Shown piece after piece: positions 53,941 to 64,000 of a stretch of DNA of 64,000 nt. Origin of the DNA: an uncultured Planctomycetaceae bacterium (GTDB lineage Bacteria; Planctomycetota; Planctomycetia; Planctomycetales; Planctomycetaceae); contig CAWFGE010000021.1 in the NCBI GenBank assembly GCA_963815195.1, positions 1 to 64,000 of the forward strand, written 5' to 3'. The translations under genes were made by a program, and so were the position numbers. Numbering within the stretch: position 1 is the first letter of the stretch; each line of letters starts with the position of its first letter. The notes below the pieces were generated by a model. It saw only the letters and a list, made by a program, of their open reading frames with translations, was not told where the DNA came from and searched no databases.

Positions 53941-56252
53941 CTACTTTGAGTTCCCACGCGTCACGTAAACCGGCGAGCTCCAGGCTTTGGCGCGATCGAC
54001 TTGGATCACCCGCACCCAATACGGGCAGATGCCTTCCACGGGTTCGTCATCGCGGAACTCCAGTGCTACGGAGCGGGCGGCCGTTGCGCAAGGAGCCGGT
54101 CCGATCGAGACTCGCCGGCCCACGCCGCCCGCATCGACTTCCAAAGCGGTCTCGCGAACATCGCCCAAGGAAAAATCGAAAGAGCAGGGTTCGGTTTCAA
54201 ACCGCCCCCGCGCGGAGCGGTCGCCCTCCACTTCCAAGAGAAGGCCCGCATCGTTCCCCGCGGTGCACGATTGCCAGGACACGCGGCCGGGCGAATCCCG
54301 CTGCACGGCGTCGAGCGGGCTATGAAAACCAATGGGTTCCGCGCGGGTGATCGATGCCCCATCGATCAAGAGCGAGCCGTTCCAGTTTTGTTTCTGGAGC
54401 CGGGCGGTGCCGCGCTTGGCGGTGCCGCTCCACAGGACGCGAATCCGCCCCGAAGAGGCCGGCTCCAAGGGAGCCAGGTTCCAGGCGTGAATCACTTCGG
54501 TGCCCCGCAGAAAATCGACCCGCTCGATGGCGGCGGTTCCTGCGACGGCGATCCGAATCGACGGCGCGCGGGAAACCTGGACCGCGGATCCCATCGCGTG
54601 GCCTTCGACGGTCACCGAAAGGAGAATCCGCTCGCCGGTGGTCGCGTAGCATCGGCGGGCGGAGAGAGCTTCCCAGAGGGATTCGCGCGTGAGTTCTTCC
54701 GCGAGCACGGCCGTCAATCCGTTCGGAACATTTCGCATGACCCGCGAGCCCGGCCGGCAAGCACCGGGCCGGCCCATCACGCCGTCGGTGCCCGCGGTGA
54801 TTCCGACCTGGTATCCGCGATTCAGACAGTCCATCACAAACCATTCGGAGGTCCCGTGGGTGGAATGGATCTCGGCCAGGCGTTCGATGGCCGGCTCGTG
54901 CCAGTCCAGGTTCGTCATCCGCCCGCCCACGTGCATGTTGATGAGCACATCCTGATCGCGAAACGCGCGGTGAAAGTCGGGGGCGGTCGGAATGTCCGGT
55001 TCGGGATCGGGGTTTGTTTCCACGAAAAACCGGGCCGACCGGCGGAGGCGGGGCTCATCCTGGCGATAGAACACGTTCCGGTCGCCGCCGTCGCGAGTGG
55101 GCGGACTCCATTCGCAGCCGAGAAACGTCACATACCGCCCCGGCTCGTAAAACGCATCGGTCTCGGTCCGCGAAAATTCCCAGTCGGCCCGCGTCACATA
55201 ATGGTCGTTGGGCTGATGCGTGATGAACTCTAAGCCCGCAATGTCCCGCCCGAAGGCATAATGCTCAGCCAGCGAACCGGCTCCGCAACCGATGTCGCAT
55301 TGCCCCGCATGCAGATCGCCCCAGAACACCGACCGCTCGGGAGGCTCCGTGTGGATGCGAAACGGATTACTCACGGCTTTCAATCCTGAGCCCTTAATCT
55401 CCGCGACGATCCGATCAATCCCCGGGCATCGGCCAGAATCGCCGCATGGTACGCCCGGCCGTCCGCGGTCTTCTTGATGTCTTCAATCACCGCGGCCCGA
55501 TTGTCTTCTTCAAATGACAGCGCCGGCGGTTCATCGAGAACCGCAGCGTTGCCCCAACAATCCTCCGCGCGGACGATGATGCAAGATGTTTCCCCGACAA
55601 CCAGATCGGATGGAGCCACGGCAATGAGCTTCACCGGTTCGCGGGGGACCGTTTTCGCGGTTTGGGATTGCGGGCCGACGAGTTCCGTCCATTGGTCGGT
55701 CCCGGCGGGATCGATGAGCAAGAGAAAGCTTATCTCGTCAGCGGCCAACGTGGGTGCGCGCCAACCGGGACTGCCCGCGCTCTGGTCGCCGCACACCAGC
55801 CGCACGCAATCGCCCGCGGCCAGCTCCCCGCGGGTGACTTTCAGTTTGAGCGCGTGGTTGTAGGGTTCAATCCCGCCATAGGCGTTGTAGTGCGCTTGAA
55901 GCTCCGCCGGCTCCGCGTTGTCTTTCGCCGACTCCACCGAGAGGCTGAGGTATCCTTGCTGCGCCGGGTCGTTCGTTTGCAAATCGGACCAGTCGTAAGC
56001 CCACCGCCACATGAGCGCGAGTTGTCCGCCCGCGGGAATCGTCTGCGCGGCGATGTGGTATTCCACAACCACGGTCGTCAAGTCGCCCGCCGGGATCCGG
56101 CTGGGCATCCGCACCACGCCAAAGCCGTGCGCCGTCTTCCGCGCGGCGTCGTCGAGTTCCCAGGCGTGCCAGATGTTTGGCCGGCCGGCCCCGTAGCCGG
56201 TCCGCAGAATGCCTCGGTCTTTCAAGTCGTTTTTGTGTGTTCTCATGGGCAT
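53941..56252 (-). CDS. DUF3604/PHP-like domain protein, frameshift near 55420
   Basis: SNP...FWGDLH, GCEWS, GGDRNV, EIHSTHG, GTDG, GLTAV...RRCYATTG, AWSSPV. Confidence 0.8.
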
Positions 56253-56429
56253 GACTTCTGATTCGCTTCCAAAATCACGGTTTGGTAAGACACTTTGCAC
56301 TTTGCACTTTAACACGTTTTTCGCGGCTTTTGGAACGCTCCGATGTCGGAAGCGGCCCCTTCGCTGTATAGTGGCTGAAAACGTGGGGAGGGATTTCCTC
56401 GAAGAACATCTCCAATCGCTGCGCCCATC

Positions 56430-58121
56430 ATGAGTCGAACCGCCGACGATGTTTTCCTGCCCGATCCCGACCAGAATCGGCCGACCCGCGTGCGCTATCG
56501 CGTGCTCGCGGTCACGTTCGCGATGGCGTTCATCCTGTACCTGCACCGCTTCTGCATGTCCTATGCGCAGCGCTACGTGAAGGAAGACCTGGGGCTCTCG
56601 AACGACGAACTCAGCCTGTGCTTCTCGGCGTTTTTCTTCAGCTACGCCCTCGCGCAGGTTCCGTCCGGCTGGATGAGCGACCGCTTCGGCGCAAGATTGA
56701 TGCTGACGATCTACATCGTCGTATGGTCGCTGTGCACGGCGTGGATGGGTTGGGCAATGGGGTTTGTCTCGCTCTTGATAATCCGCCTCGCGACGGGTTT
56801 GGGACAGGCGGGCGCCTACCCGACCGCGGCAGCGCTCATTCCGCATTGGGTGCCCAATTCCGTCCGCGGCTCGGCGAGCGGATTTGTCGCCTGGGGCGGC
56901 CGGCTGGGCGGCGGCCTGGCGCCCGTGTTGACGACGAGCCTGATCGCGTTCTTTGTCCCGCTCGATTCTTCGCCGCTGTTGACCCAAGCGTCCTTATTGA
57001 ACGAAGCCGCGCTGCGCGAGCAAATCGACGACGCCGATAGCGAACCGCTGTCGTCCGAGGCCTCGACAGGAATCCCGGGCGATCAAGCGGCGCTTGAGCG
57101 GCTGGTCGCGCACCGGCTGGCCGCTGAGTCGGGGTCGCTGCTCCAGCGGCTCAATGCTCTGATTGAAAACGACAAGCCGCTATTGGCGGGCGATGTGCCG
57201 AACGTGCCGTTGGAGCGGGAAGCCCGCCGGCTGCTTCGGCAGGATTCGCTCGCGCCCGGGAGGTGCACCGCTTGAACCGGCTGGTTCTCGAAGCCGCGTT
57301 TCCCGAAGCCATCGGCAAACTTTACGTTCGCGGCTGGCGTCCGGTGATGTGGACGTTCGGCGGCTTGGGGCTCGTTGTGGCCGGCTTGTTCTGGTGCGTG
57401 TTCCGGAACCGGCCTTCCGAACATTCCGGGTGCAACGTCCAGGAACAGGAACTCATTCGCTCGGGGCGGGCTGTTCCCGATCGCCCCCAACCGGAAAGGC
57501 GATTGGAACGGCCGCCGATGCGGGCGATCCTCACCAGCCGGAGCCTGTGGCTGATGTGCATCGCCCAATGGGGATCGAACATCGGCTGGGTGTTTCTCGT
57601 GACCTGGCTGCCCCGGTTTCTTCTCGAGGAGCATGCGGTCCCGCTGTTGATGCGCGGCTGGATGTGCGCGGTCCCGTTGTGGGTCGGCTGGGGCGGGATG
57701 CTCTGGGGCGGCCGATTGTCCGACGTGATGGTCCAGCGGATCGGCCTGCGGTGGGGGCGGATCATGCCGCTCGCCAGCGGGCGGTTTGTGGCGATGACCG
57801 CCTACTTGTTCTGCCTGTTCCATCCGTCGGCGTGGACGTTGACAGACTCTGTTCGCCGTCGTCGCGTTCTCGAACGATTTGGGGAACGCCTCGTCCTGGG
57901 CCTACAAGCAAGACGTGGGCGGGCGGCACATCGGCTCGATCCACGGCTGGGCCAACATGTGGGGCAACCTGGGTGCGACGCTTTCCCCGCTGATCCTCAA
58001 CCAACTCGTTAGCAACTGGAGCTGGGACGCGGCCTTTTTGGCCTGCGCGGGAGCCTATTTCCTCTCGGCCCTCGCGACCCTCGGCGTCGATGCGACGATT
58101 CCCATTGGCGGTGAGGATTAG
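56430..58121 (+). CDS. MFS transporter (ACS-like) with an inserted soluble loop, frameshifts near 57265 and 57845
   Basis: RPTRVRYRVL, QVPSGWMSDRFGAR, GQAGAYP, GWRPV, GWANMWGNLG. Confidence 0.85.
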
Positions 58122-58156
58122 GAACAATTCCATCCGCATGCCCCTCGGGCCTGGTA

Positions 58157-58837
58157 TTAGAGCGAGGCAGTCCGATCACCCCAACGCGCATCGACCGAGG
58201 GGGCCATCAGATGATCGCGATCGTATTCCAACACGGACGCCACATAATCGTGTCCCGCGTTTTCCAAGTCGGAAATCTTCTGGTTAAAGACGGCGATCAC
58301 GCGATCATAAACGTCCGCTGCGCTCAAACCGTCGGCAAAGGCGCGATCGATTTCCGAATCACATTGAAAGAAAATATCCGAGTATGGCATGTTAAACGTG
58401 AAGTTTTGGTCGTACCCGAAATAGGCCCGGCAACCGTTGGCGACGAAATCCGGTCCAAGCTTCGCCGCCGTTTGGCAGGAGAGAAAATGCACGAGCTTGC
58501 CTTGGGCCTCGTCGGGCTGATAGTTTCCCACATCGAAAATGGGGTCGTAATGATCGCCCGTGTAAGTCGAGTAACTCCCGTGCCCGACGCCCGTCATATA
58601 AACCACGTCATTTCGGCGGGCTTCGGGCGCGACATAAATTCGCCGGGCCAGGAGGCCCTGACAGCGAATCAGCTGATAGCCTTTGGATTCGAGGTAGGGA
58701 TAAACGTGCTGCTCTCGATATTCGAAGGCGGCCTTGGTGACCGGTTCGTAATTCGAGTCGATCGCGAGCACGAATAAATCCACGTCCAATTCCACGCGCC
58801 GCGTTTTGGCGGAGCGTTTTTTCTTTTTTTTGCCCAT
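58157..58837 (-). CDS. Cytoplasmic caspase-hemoglobinase-fold (C25/gingipain-like) protease
   Basis: VYMTGVGHGS (His) and VHFLSCQTA (Cys) dyad motifs, AYFGY, terminal WGD; no signal peptide. Confidence 0.7.
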   Translation of the reverse strand: MGKKKKKRSAKTRRVELDVDLFVLAIDSNYEPVTKAAFEYREQHVYPYLESKGYQLIRCQGLLARRIYVAPEARRNDVVYMTGVGHGSYSTYTGDHYDPIFDVGNYQPDEAQGKLVHFLSCQTAAKLGPDFVANGCRAYFGYDQNFTFNMPYSDIFFQCDSEIDRAFADGLSAADVYDRVIAVFNQKISDLENAGHDYVASVLEYDRDHLMAPSVDARWGDRTASL

Positions 58838-59188
58838 TCAGGAGCCCCCTTCACTGGCGCGTTTCAGCATGCGGGAAATCATGCGCTGTTCAATTTCGAT
58901 CAACGTGCGCCCGACGGCTGTGTTGGCGCGAACTTCCTGAATGGCCCGCTGCTTGTCCACGACGCCGGGCCCAATCATGGACAACTCGAATTCGGGCTGC
59001 CGTTCGATGCGCTCGGCGACGAGTTTCGCCTGTTGATCCAGAGACATCTGGCCGAACGACAGCGCAGCCGCCTTTTGCTCGACCGCCTCCTTCAAAGTCA
59101 CCCACGCACCGTCGGGCGTCATGGAAACGGGAAGGTCCAATTGCGCCTTGGGGATTTCCGGTGTTTTGTTGGTTTTCTTCTTACCCAT
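58838..59188 (-). CDS. Small hypothetical protein coupled to the protease
   Basis: 116-aa ORF whose TGA abuts the protease ATG (TGAATG). Confidence 0.8.
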   Translation of the reverse strand: MGKKKTNKTPEIPKAQLDLPVSMTPDGAWVTLKEAVEQKAAALSFGQMSLDQQAKLVAERIERQPEFELSMIGPGVVDKQRAIQEVRANTAVGRTLIEIEQRMISRMLKRASEGGS

Positions 59189-59348
59189 GACGATCTCCGT
59201 GATTGGGCAACCTCGACCTCGCCTCGATCAAGAAATGCGGCTGGCGACTCACCCCACCTATATCCATTTGATCGTAACACGCAAACCTTCGAGATCAAGA
59301 AGATTTTGACCGTTCACGACGTGATCGAATGCGGAAAGCAGAGCGAGG

Positions 59349-60704
59349 CTACAAATCGATCCCCAGTTCTTCGATCTTGCGGTACAGACTGGAAAGGCCG
59401 AGTTTCAGGCGTTTGGCGGCTTCGCGCTTGTCGGGGCATTGGCGAAGGACGCGGGTGATGTGCAATCGCTCGTAATGCCTGAGCGCGGAGCGAAGCTCGT
59501 CGTTGTTCGGCAAGGGGCCGCCTAAGCCCAGGAGTTCCGGCGGCAGGTCTTTGGGGCCGATCCGCTCGCCGTCGCACATCATCACCGCCCGTTCGATGGC
59601 GTTGTCGAGCTGGCGGACGTTGCCTTTCCACTCGGCCGACATCAACAGCCGGATCGTTTCGCTCGTGGCCCCGATGACGCGCTTGCCCATCGACATCGAA
59701 TGTTTGCCGATGAAAAACTCGACCAGTTCCGGAATGTCGTCCAGGCGTTCGCGCAAGGGCGGAATATGGATCCGCATGCCGTTGAGCCGGTAAAACAGGT
59801 CTTCTTGAAATCGGCCGTCGGCGACGTCCTGCATCAAGTCGTGCGTGGTCGAGGCGATGATGCGGGCTTTGACCTGGGCCGTCTCGGAACCGCCGACGGG
59901 CATGATTTCCTGATACTCGATCGCCCGCAGCAGTTCCCCTTGAATGCCGGAAGGCAGGAGGGTGACTTCATCGAAATACACCGTGCCTTCGCCGGCGTGG
60001 CGGAAGAGGCCGGGCTGATCGCCGTTGGTGCCGGGCCGGCCTTGCGAGCCGAAGAGTCGGCTTTCCAGAAGCTCGACCGGGCGGGCGCCGCAGTTGACGG
60101 CGAGGAATTTCTCCTCGCGCTTGGGGCCGGCGGTGTGGATCGCCCGCGCGAAAAGCTCCTTCCCGGTGCCCGTCTCTCCCACGAGCAGCACGTTCGCATT
60201 CGTGGCGGCGACTTTGCGGATCGTCTCGTGCAGCTCCATCAGAGCCCGGCTGCTGCCGATGATCCGGTCCAAGCCCACGTGCCGGGCCAGTTCCCGGCGG
60301 AGGTATTGATTTTCCAAATGCAGCTCGCGGTAGCGAAACAGCCGTTCGAGCTTATTGTGGAGGTCCTGGAAGATCACCGGCTTGGTGAGGTAATCGAAGG
60401 CCCCGGCTTTGAAGGCTTCGACCGCGCTTTCCACCGTCGCATAGGCGGTGATGATGAGGACGAACGTGTCCATGTGCAGTTGCTGGAGGCGCCTGAGCAC
60501 CGCGATGCCGTCGCCGTCGGGCAGTTGGATGTCGCAGATGGCGACGTCGAAATCGCGTTCGCGGGCGTGTTGGAAGGCGTCTTCGGCAGTGGCCGCAGTC
60601 GCGACAAAAAAACCGCGGTCCGTCAGAAATTCTTGCAGGCTCTGACGGATAATGTCTTCGTCTTCGACAATCAAAATGGAACGGGAAGCTCTCATGGGAT
60701 TCAT
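59349..60704 (-). CDS. NtrC-family response regulator (REC-AAA+-Fis HTH) lacking GAFTGA
   Basis: ILIVEDE, DIQLPDGDG, GETGTGKE, YFDEV, DLFYRL, WKGNVRQL, SLYRKI. Confidence 0.92.
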   Translation of the reverse strand: MNPMRASRSILIVEDEDIIRQSLQEFLTDRGFFVATAATAEDAFQHARERDFDVAICDIQLPDGDGIAVLRRLQQLHMDTFVLIITAYATVESAVEAFKAGAFDYLTKPVIFQDLHNKLERLFRYRELHLENQYLRRELARHVGLDRIIGSSRALMELHETIRKVAATNANVLLVGETGTGKELFARAIHTAGPKREEKFLAVNCGARPVELLESRLFGSQGRPGTNGDQPGLFRHAGEGTVYFDEVTLLPSGIQGELLRAIEYQEIMPVGGSETAQVKARIIASTTHDLMQDVADGRFQEDLFYRLNGMRIHIPPLRERLDDIPELVEFFIGKHSMSMGKRVIGATSETIRLLMSAEWKGNVRQLDNAIERAVMMCDGERIGPKDLPPELLGLGGPLPNNDELRSALRHYERLHITRVLRQCPDKREAAKRLKLGLSSLYRKIEELGIDL

Positions 60705-60780
60705 TTTACGCTTTGAGTGGAACGGCGCTAAAGTCGGTGTGCGCGATTTTTCGAGGTTCCAAATGACGGAAAAAGGACCG

Positions 60781-61050
60781 AAGGTCCGGCTCTATGTCAG
60801 CCCAGGACGCAGTCCTGGGGAACGGGAACGAACAAAATGCAAAAGCCCCAGCGGGGCGGGCCTAAATGAATTTCGCAATCCTTCAGCCATACTTTTCAAG
60901 AACGCAACGTGGATGAGGACGCTCGCGACGGATTGCGTTATTGCAAATCTCTGGTTTAGGGCCGCCCCTCTGGGGCTTTTGTATTTCATGAATCACCCGT
61001 AACCCAGGCCGGCGCTGCGCTTGGCCTGGGCTGACATAGCGCCGGGCCTT
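60781..61050. repeat. Large nested REP/MITE-like inverted repeat
   Basis: AAGGTCCGGCTCTATGTCAGCCCAGG ... CCTGGGCTGACATAGCGCCGGGCCTT, with inner AAAAGCCCCAGCGGGGCGG/CCGCCCCTCTGGGGCTTTT. Confidence 0.85.
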
Positions 61051-61229
61051 TGACCCGAAATCCTTGTGCTCTCGACGTCTCGTTTGCTCACATAGCCGGG
61101 GGTTTCGTGCTTCGGATTTACGTCGGAAAACTTGCAGAATTGCGCACGGTGATTTAGCCGCCGGTTTTGTTTGCGGAACCGGCTCGCGCCGTGCCGCTCA
61201 TTTCTGACAGCCTCATAACGCTAAGTGCT

Positions 61230-62600
61230 TTACGTCGCAGGAACCGTTTTGGGCCGGGCGTCTTCGCTGGGAAGCGGTTCGACATTGGGATGGCTTTGGA
61301 TTTCCACGCTCGTAAAGCACACGGTGATGATCGTGCCCTCCGGCGAGGAGTCGGTGAGTTCGATCCGGCCGCTGCCGGATTCCTCCAGGATGTGCCGGCA
61401 CACAAACAGGCCGAGGCCCGTGCCCGCGGGCTTGGTCGTGTAGTAGGGTTGGAAAATCTGACCGCGGTCGGCTTCGGGGATGCCGCAGCCGTCGTCGGCG
61501 ACGATCACGCGGATCTCGCCGTCTTTAAGACAGGTCGAGATCTCCACGCCGCCGCCTTCCTGGGTGGCGTCGAGGGCGTTTAAGATCAAATTCAAAAACA
61601 CCTGCACCCATTGATCCTTGAGCCCGCACAACTTGGGCAGGCCGTTCGCATAGCGGGTCACGATTCGCCGGCCTTTTTTGCGCTTGTAATATTTGGCGAT
61701 GCTGAGCGCGGCTTCGACGACGGTGTGCACCTCGCAGCGGGTGGCCTCCGTGTTTGCGGGCCGGCTGAAATCGACGAGTTCCCCCAGAATCCGCTGGATC
61801 CGCCGGAGCTGCTCGTCGACCATGTTCAAACGCGTACGGGTGTAGTCGTCGTCGTGCTTCATGTTCAAAAGCTGCACGAGCGAACTGATCGACGCCAGCG
61901 GATTGCCGACTTCGTGCGCGATCCCTGCCGCGAGCAAACCAAACGCCGCCTGCTTTTCGTGCTGGACAATCAGGGCCTGCGATTCCTGGAGTTCCTGCGT
62001 GCGTTCGAGAATCCGCTGCTCCAAGAGGGCCTGGTTTCCCTGCAGCTCCTCGTTGAGGTCGGCGAGCTTTTGCTCGGCGGTTTTGATGAGTCCCGAGAGT
62101 GCCACGCTGGCCCACGTCACCCAGCCCATGAGCACCAACAGCACGAGTTGATTGGTGAGCGAATCCCCGCTTTGGAGCGTGCCGCCGGTGACCATCAGCG
62201 TGACATAGCTCGCCGCGTGGAGGCCGTAAGTCGCATAGGTGATCTGCGGCGCGTAGCGGATCGCGCACACGAGCAGCGAGAGGAAATAATAAAAGCGGAA
62301 CGGGCTGTGCGGGCCGGTGTCGAAGTAGCACAGAAGCCCGATGAACACGGCTTCCATCAGCGAGATCAACAGCGGGACATCGCTCAAAAAGATCCGGCCG
62401 CGGTAGCTGTACCACGCATCCAAAATCGCATAAACCGCCCCCAGGGTGAGGATCGCGTTCAGCTCGAGTTGATGCGTGCCGGGGCTGACGAAATTGACCA
62501 GCACGTATCCCACGCACAATCCGAACCAGCGGATGCGGACAGTGATCGCCTCGGCGGCGAGATCCCAGGGAAAGGTTTTGCGGGCAGCGGACGAAAACAC
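61230..62600 (-). CDS. Membrane sensor histidine kinase
   Basis: Multiple TM helices; AGIAHEVGNPL H-box, QVFLNLILNALDA, DDGCGI, GTGLGL. Confidence 0.93.
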   Translation of the reverse strand: MFSSAARKTFPWDLAAEAITVRIRWFGLCVGYVLVNFVSPGTHQLELNAILTLGAVYAILDAWYSYRGRIFLSDVPLLISLMEAVFIGLLCYFDTGPHSPFRFYYFLSLLVCAIRYAPQITYATYGLHAASYVTLMVTGGTLQSGDSLTNQLVLLVLMGWVTWASVALSGLIKTAEQKLADLNEELQGNQALLEQRILERTQELQESQALIVQHEKQAAFGLLAAGIAHEVGNPLASISSLVQLLNMKHDDDYTRTRLNMVDEQLRRIQRILGELVDFSRPANTEATRCEVHTVVEAALSIAKYYKRKKGRRIVTRYANGLPKLCGLKDQWVQVFLNLILNALDATQEGGGVEISTCLKDGEIRVIVADDGCGIPEADRGQIFQPYYTTKPAGTGLGLFVCRHILEESGSGRIELTDSSPEGTIITVCFTSVEIQSHPNVEPLPSEDARPKTVPAT

Positions 62601-62718
62601 AGCAGGCCACTCACGAGGAGCACTGAAGGGAGTCGGACTCTTCTATTATAGAAACCCCGCCGGGCAAAACCACTGCCAGGGCGCGAGCGAAACGCCTCCC
62701 GGTGCACGAGGGCGGCGT

Positions 62719-64000
62719 TCACTTAAGACGCATAAATATGCCAGTCTTTTTCGACGCGTTCTTTGCGCCGGACGGCAGGACGGTCGGATTCTCGAGAATC
62801 TTCTGCACCGCTTCGTCCAGCCCCTTTGCGGCGCCGGGTTTCTTTTCGCCCGGCCTGGTTTTCGAAAACAGGTCGCCGATCTTCTTCACCGACTCGTCCA
62901 GGTCTTTTCCGGTTGAGTGTTTGCCGTTGGATTCGAGATGAGTGATTCCGGGAGGCGGGCCGGCGAGCTTTTCCAACTGCTCCCGGCAATACGCCTGGCC
63001 GCGGATTCTCCAGATCGTCGCCAGGCTTTCCAAAAGCAGTTCGCGCGAAGGCGTGCCTTGCTCCTGGCGGATCTGTTCGATCATTTGGGGGACGGCGGGA
63101 TTCTTGGCCTGTTCGCCCAAGAGGAGCGTCAGCCGGGCGAATTCATCGTCGTCCAACTGGCGGACGGCATTCCCCAGGGACCGCACCAGATCCGAGAGCA
63201 GCGATTCCGCCGGCAGCAAGTGATCCATTTCCCGGCGGAAGTCGTCTTCGCCGAGCTTCTTCAAGCCGGCCCGCGCGAACTTCTGCCCGAAGCCGCGGTT
63301 GAGAAAGCCGAACACCCGGCTCGCGTACCAGCACGTCAACGGGCCGACCTCCGGCCTCTCCGGCAAGCGGTTGAGATTCAGGCCCGCTTCCAGAAATCGC
63401 CCGCGGCACATAAGAGCCAGGTTCCACGCCACGCGGGAGGGCCCCGACTCCGGCGGCACCATGAGCGCGTGCAGTCCATAAGCGTGCCGCGCGAGTTCCT
63501 TCCCCAGCCCGAAGGGCACGACTTTCTCCAAGCCGAACAGGCTGATATCCTCGGACGACAGGGGCAGGTGAAACGGGTTCGGTTCGTCCGACCGGGCATT
63601 CCAGTCCACCCACAGGCGGTCCAAGGGCTGAATCGCGTCCAACTGCAAAAGCTTCAAGCCGACACCGATCGGCGGCGGTTCCTGGCCGGCGATTTGATAA
63701 AGACATTCCGCTTCCCCCAAGGCAAACTCCAGCATGCTGCTCACGGGCCGCTGCGGATTGAACGCGGGATGAAAGTTTTTCGTTTTCTCATCCATGTGCT
63801 TGACGAAGCGGTCAAACGCCCCGGCCTGAAAATACACCGCCCCCGTTTCCCGGTCGAGTTTGGGAACGGTCTCTTTTTTCAGTTTGGCGAGGTCCACCTT
63901 CGGGTCTTTCGGTCCGATGCTCTGGATGCGGCCGGTGTTGGCGTCCACTTTCACTTCCCCGTCCCCGGCGACAATGGAAACCACATCCCCGTCGCGACGG
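62719..64000 (-). CDS. Hypothetical protein, 5' end outside the window
   Basis: Open frame of more than 420 aa running to the window edge; no recognised motif. Confidence 0.65.
   Translation of the reverse strand, partial: RRDGDVVSIVAGDGEVKVDANTGRIQSIGPKDPKVDLAKLKKETVPKLDRETGAVYFQAGAFDRFVKHMDEKTKNFHPAFNPQRPVSSMLEFALGEAECLYQIAGQEPPPIGVGLKLLQLDAIQPLDRLWVDWNARSDEPNPFHLPLSSEDISLFGLEKVVPFGLGKELARHAYGLHALMVPPESGPSRVAWNLALMCRGRFLEAGLNLNRLPERPEVGPLTCWYASRVFGFLNRGFGQKFARAGLKKLGEDDFRREMDHLLPAESLLSDLVRSLGNAVRQLDDDEFARLTLLLGEQAKNPAVPQMIEQIRQEQGTPSRELLLESLATIWRIRGQAYCREQLEKLAGPPPGITHLESNGKHSTGKDLDESVKKIGDLFSKTRPGEKKPGAAKGLDEAVQKILENPTVLPSGAKNASKKTGIFMRLK

Overview
High-GC (roughly 60-65% by eye) bacterial chromosomal segment. 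The gene families point to Planctomycetota, probably Planctomycetaceae: a large c-type-cytochrome/beta-propeller protein, FG-GAP and sulfatase genes, a BlaI/M56 pair and a long PilM. The first ~5 kb is nested mobile DNA. An IS21 istB gene is split in frame at a CCC core by a 2601-bp large-serine-recombinase element, and on circularisation that element would rebuild one of its own genes across the junction. Prophage scraps and a truncated IS630 inserted in a doxX gene follow. The rest is core and accessory metabolism: tctA, yjbQ, an octaheme cytochrome, FdhF/YdeP, a Tad protein downstream of a c-di-GMP-I riboswitch, xylA, rpmB-gatCAB, a sulfatase, gmhA, a pilM cluster, folC, DUF3604, an MFS transporter and a two-component pair. 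The most unusual loci are (i) the recombinase element and its split gene, (ii) two non-canonical tRNA-like genes embedded in structured RNA behind an ECF-type promoter, (iii) a coupled asparagine-synthetase-like / RaSEA-like radical SAM / flavin-halogenase-like operon with an amber codon at the predicted catalytic Lys, and (iv) a cytoplasmic caspase/gingipain-fold protease with a coupled small partner. Many genes, including normally essential gatB and folC, carry frameshifts, which suggests indel errors in the assembly, so single-base claims need read-level confirmation. Family assignments come from motif recognition only; no database searches were run.
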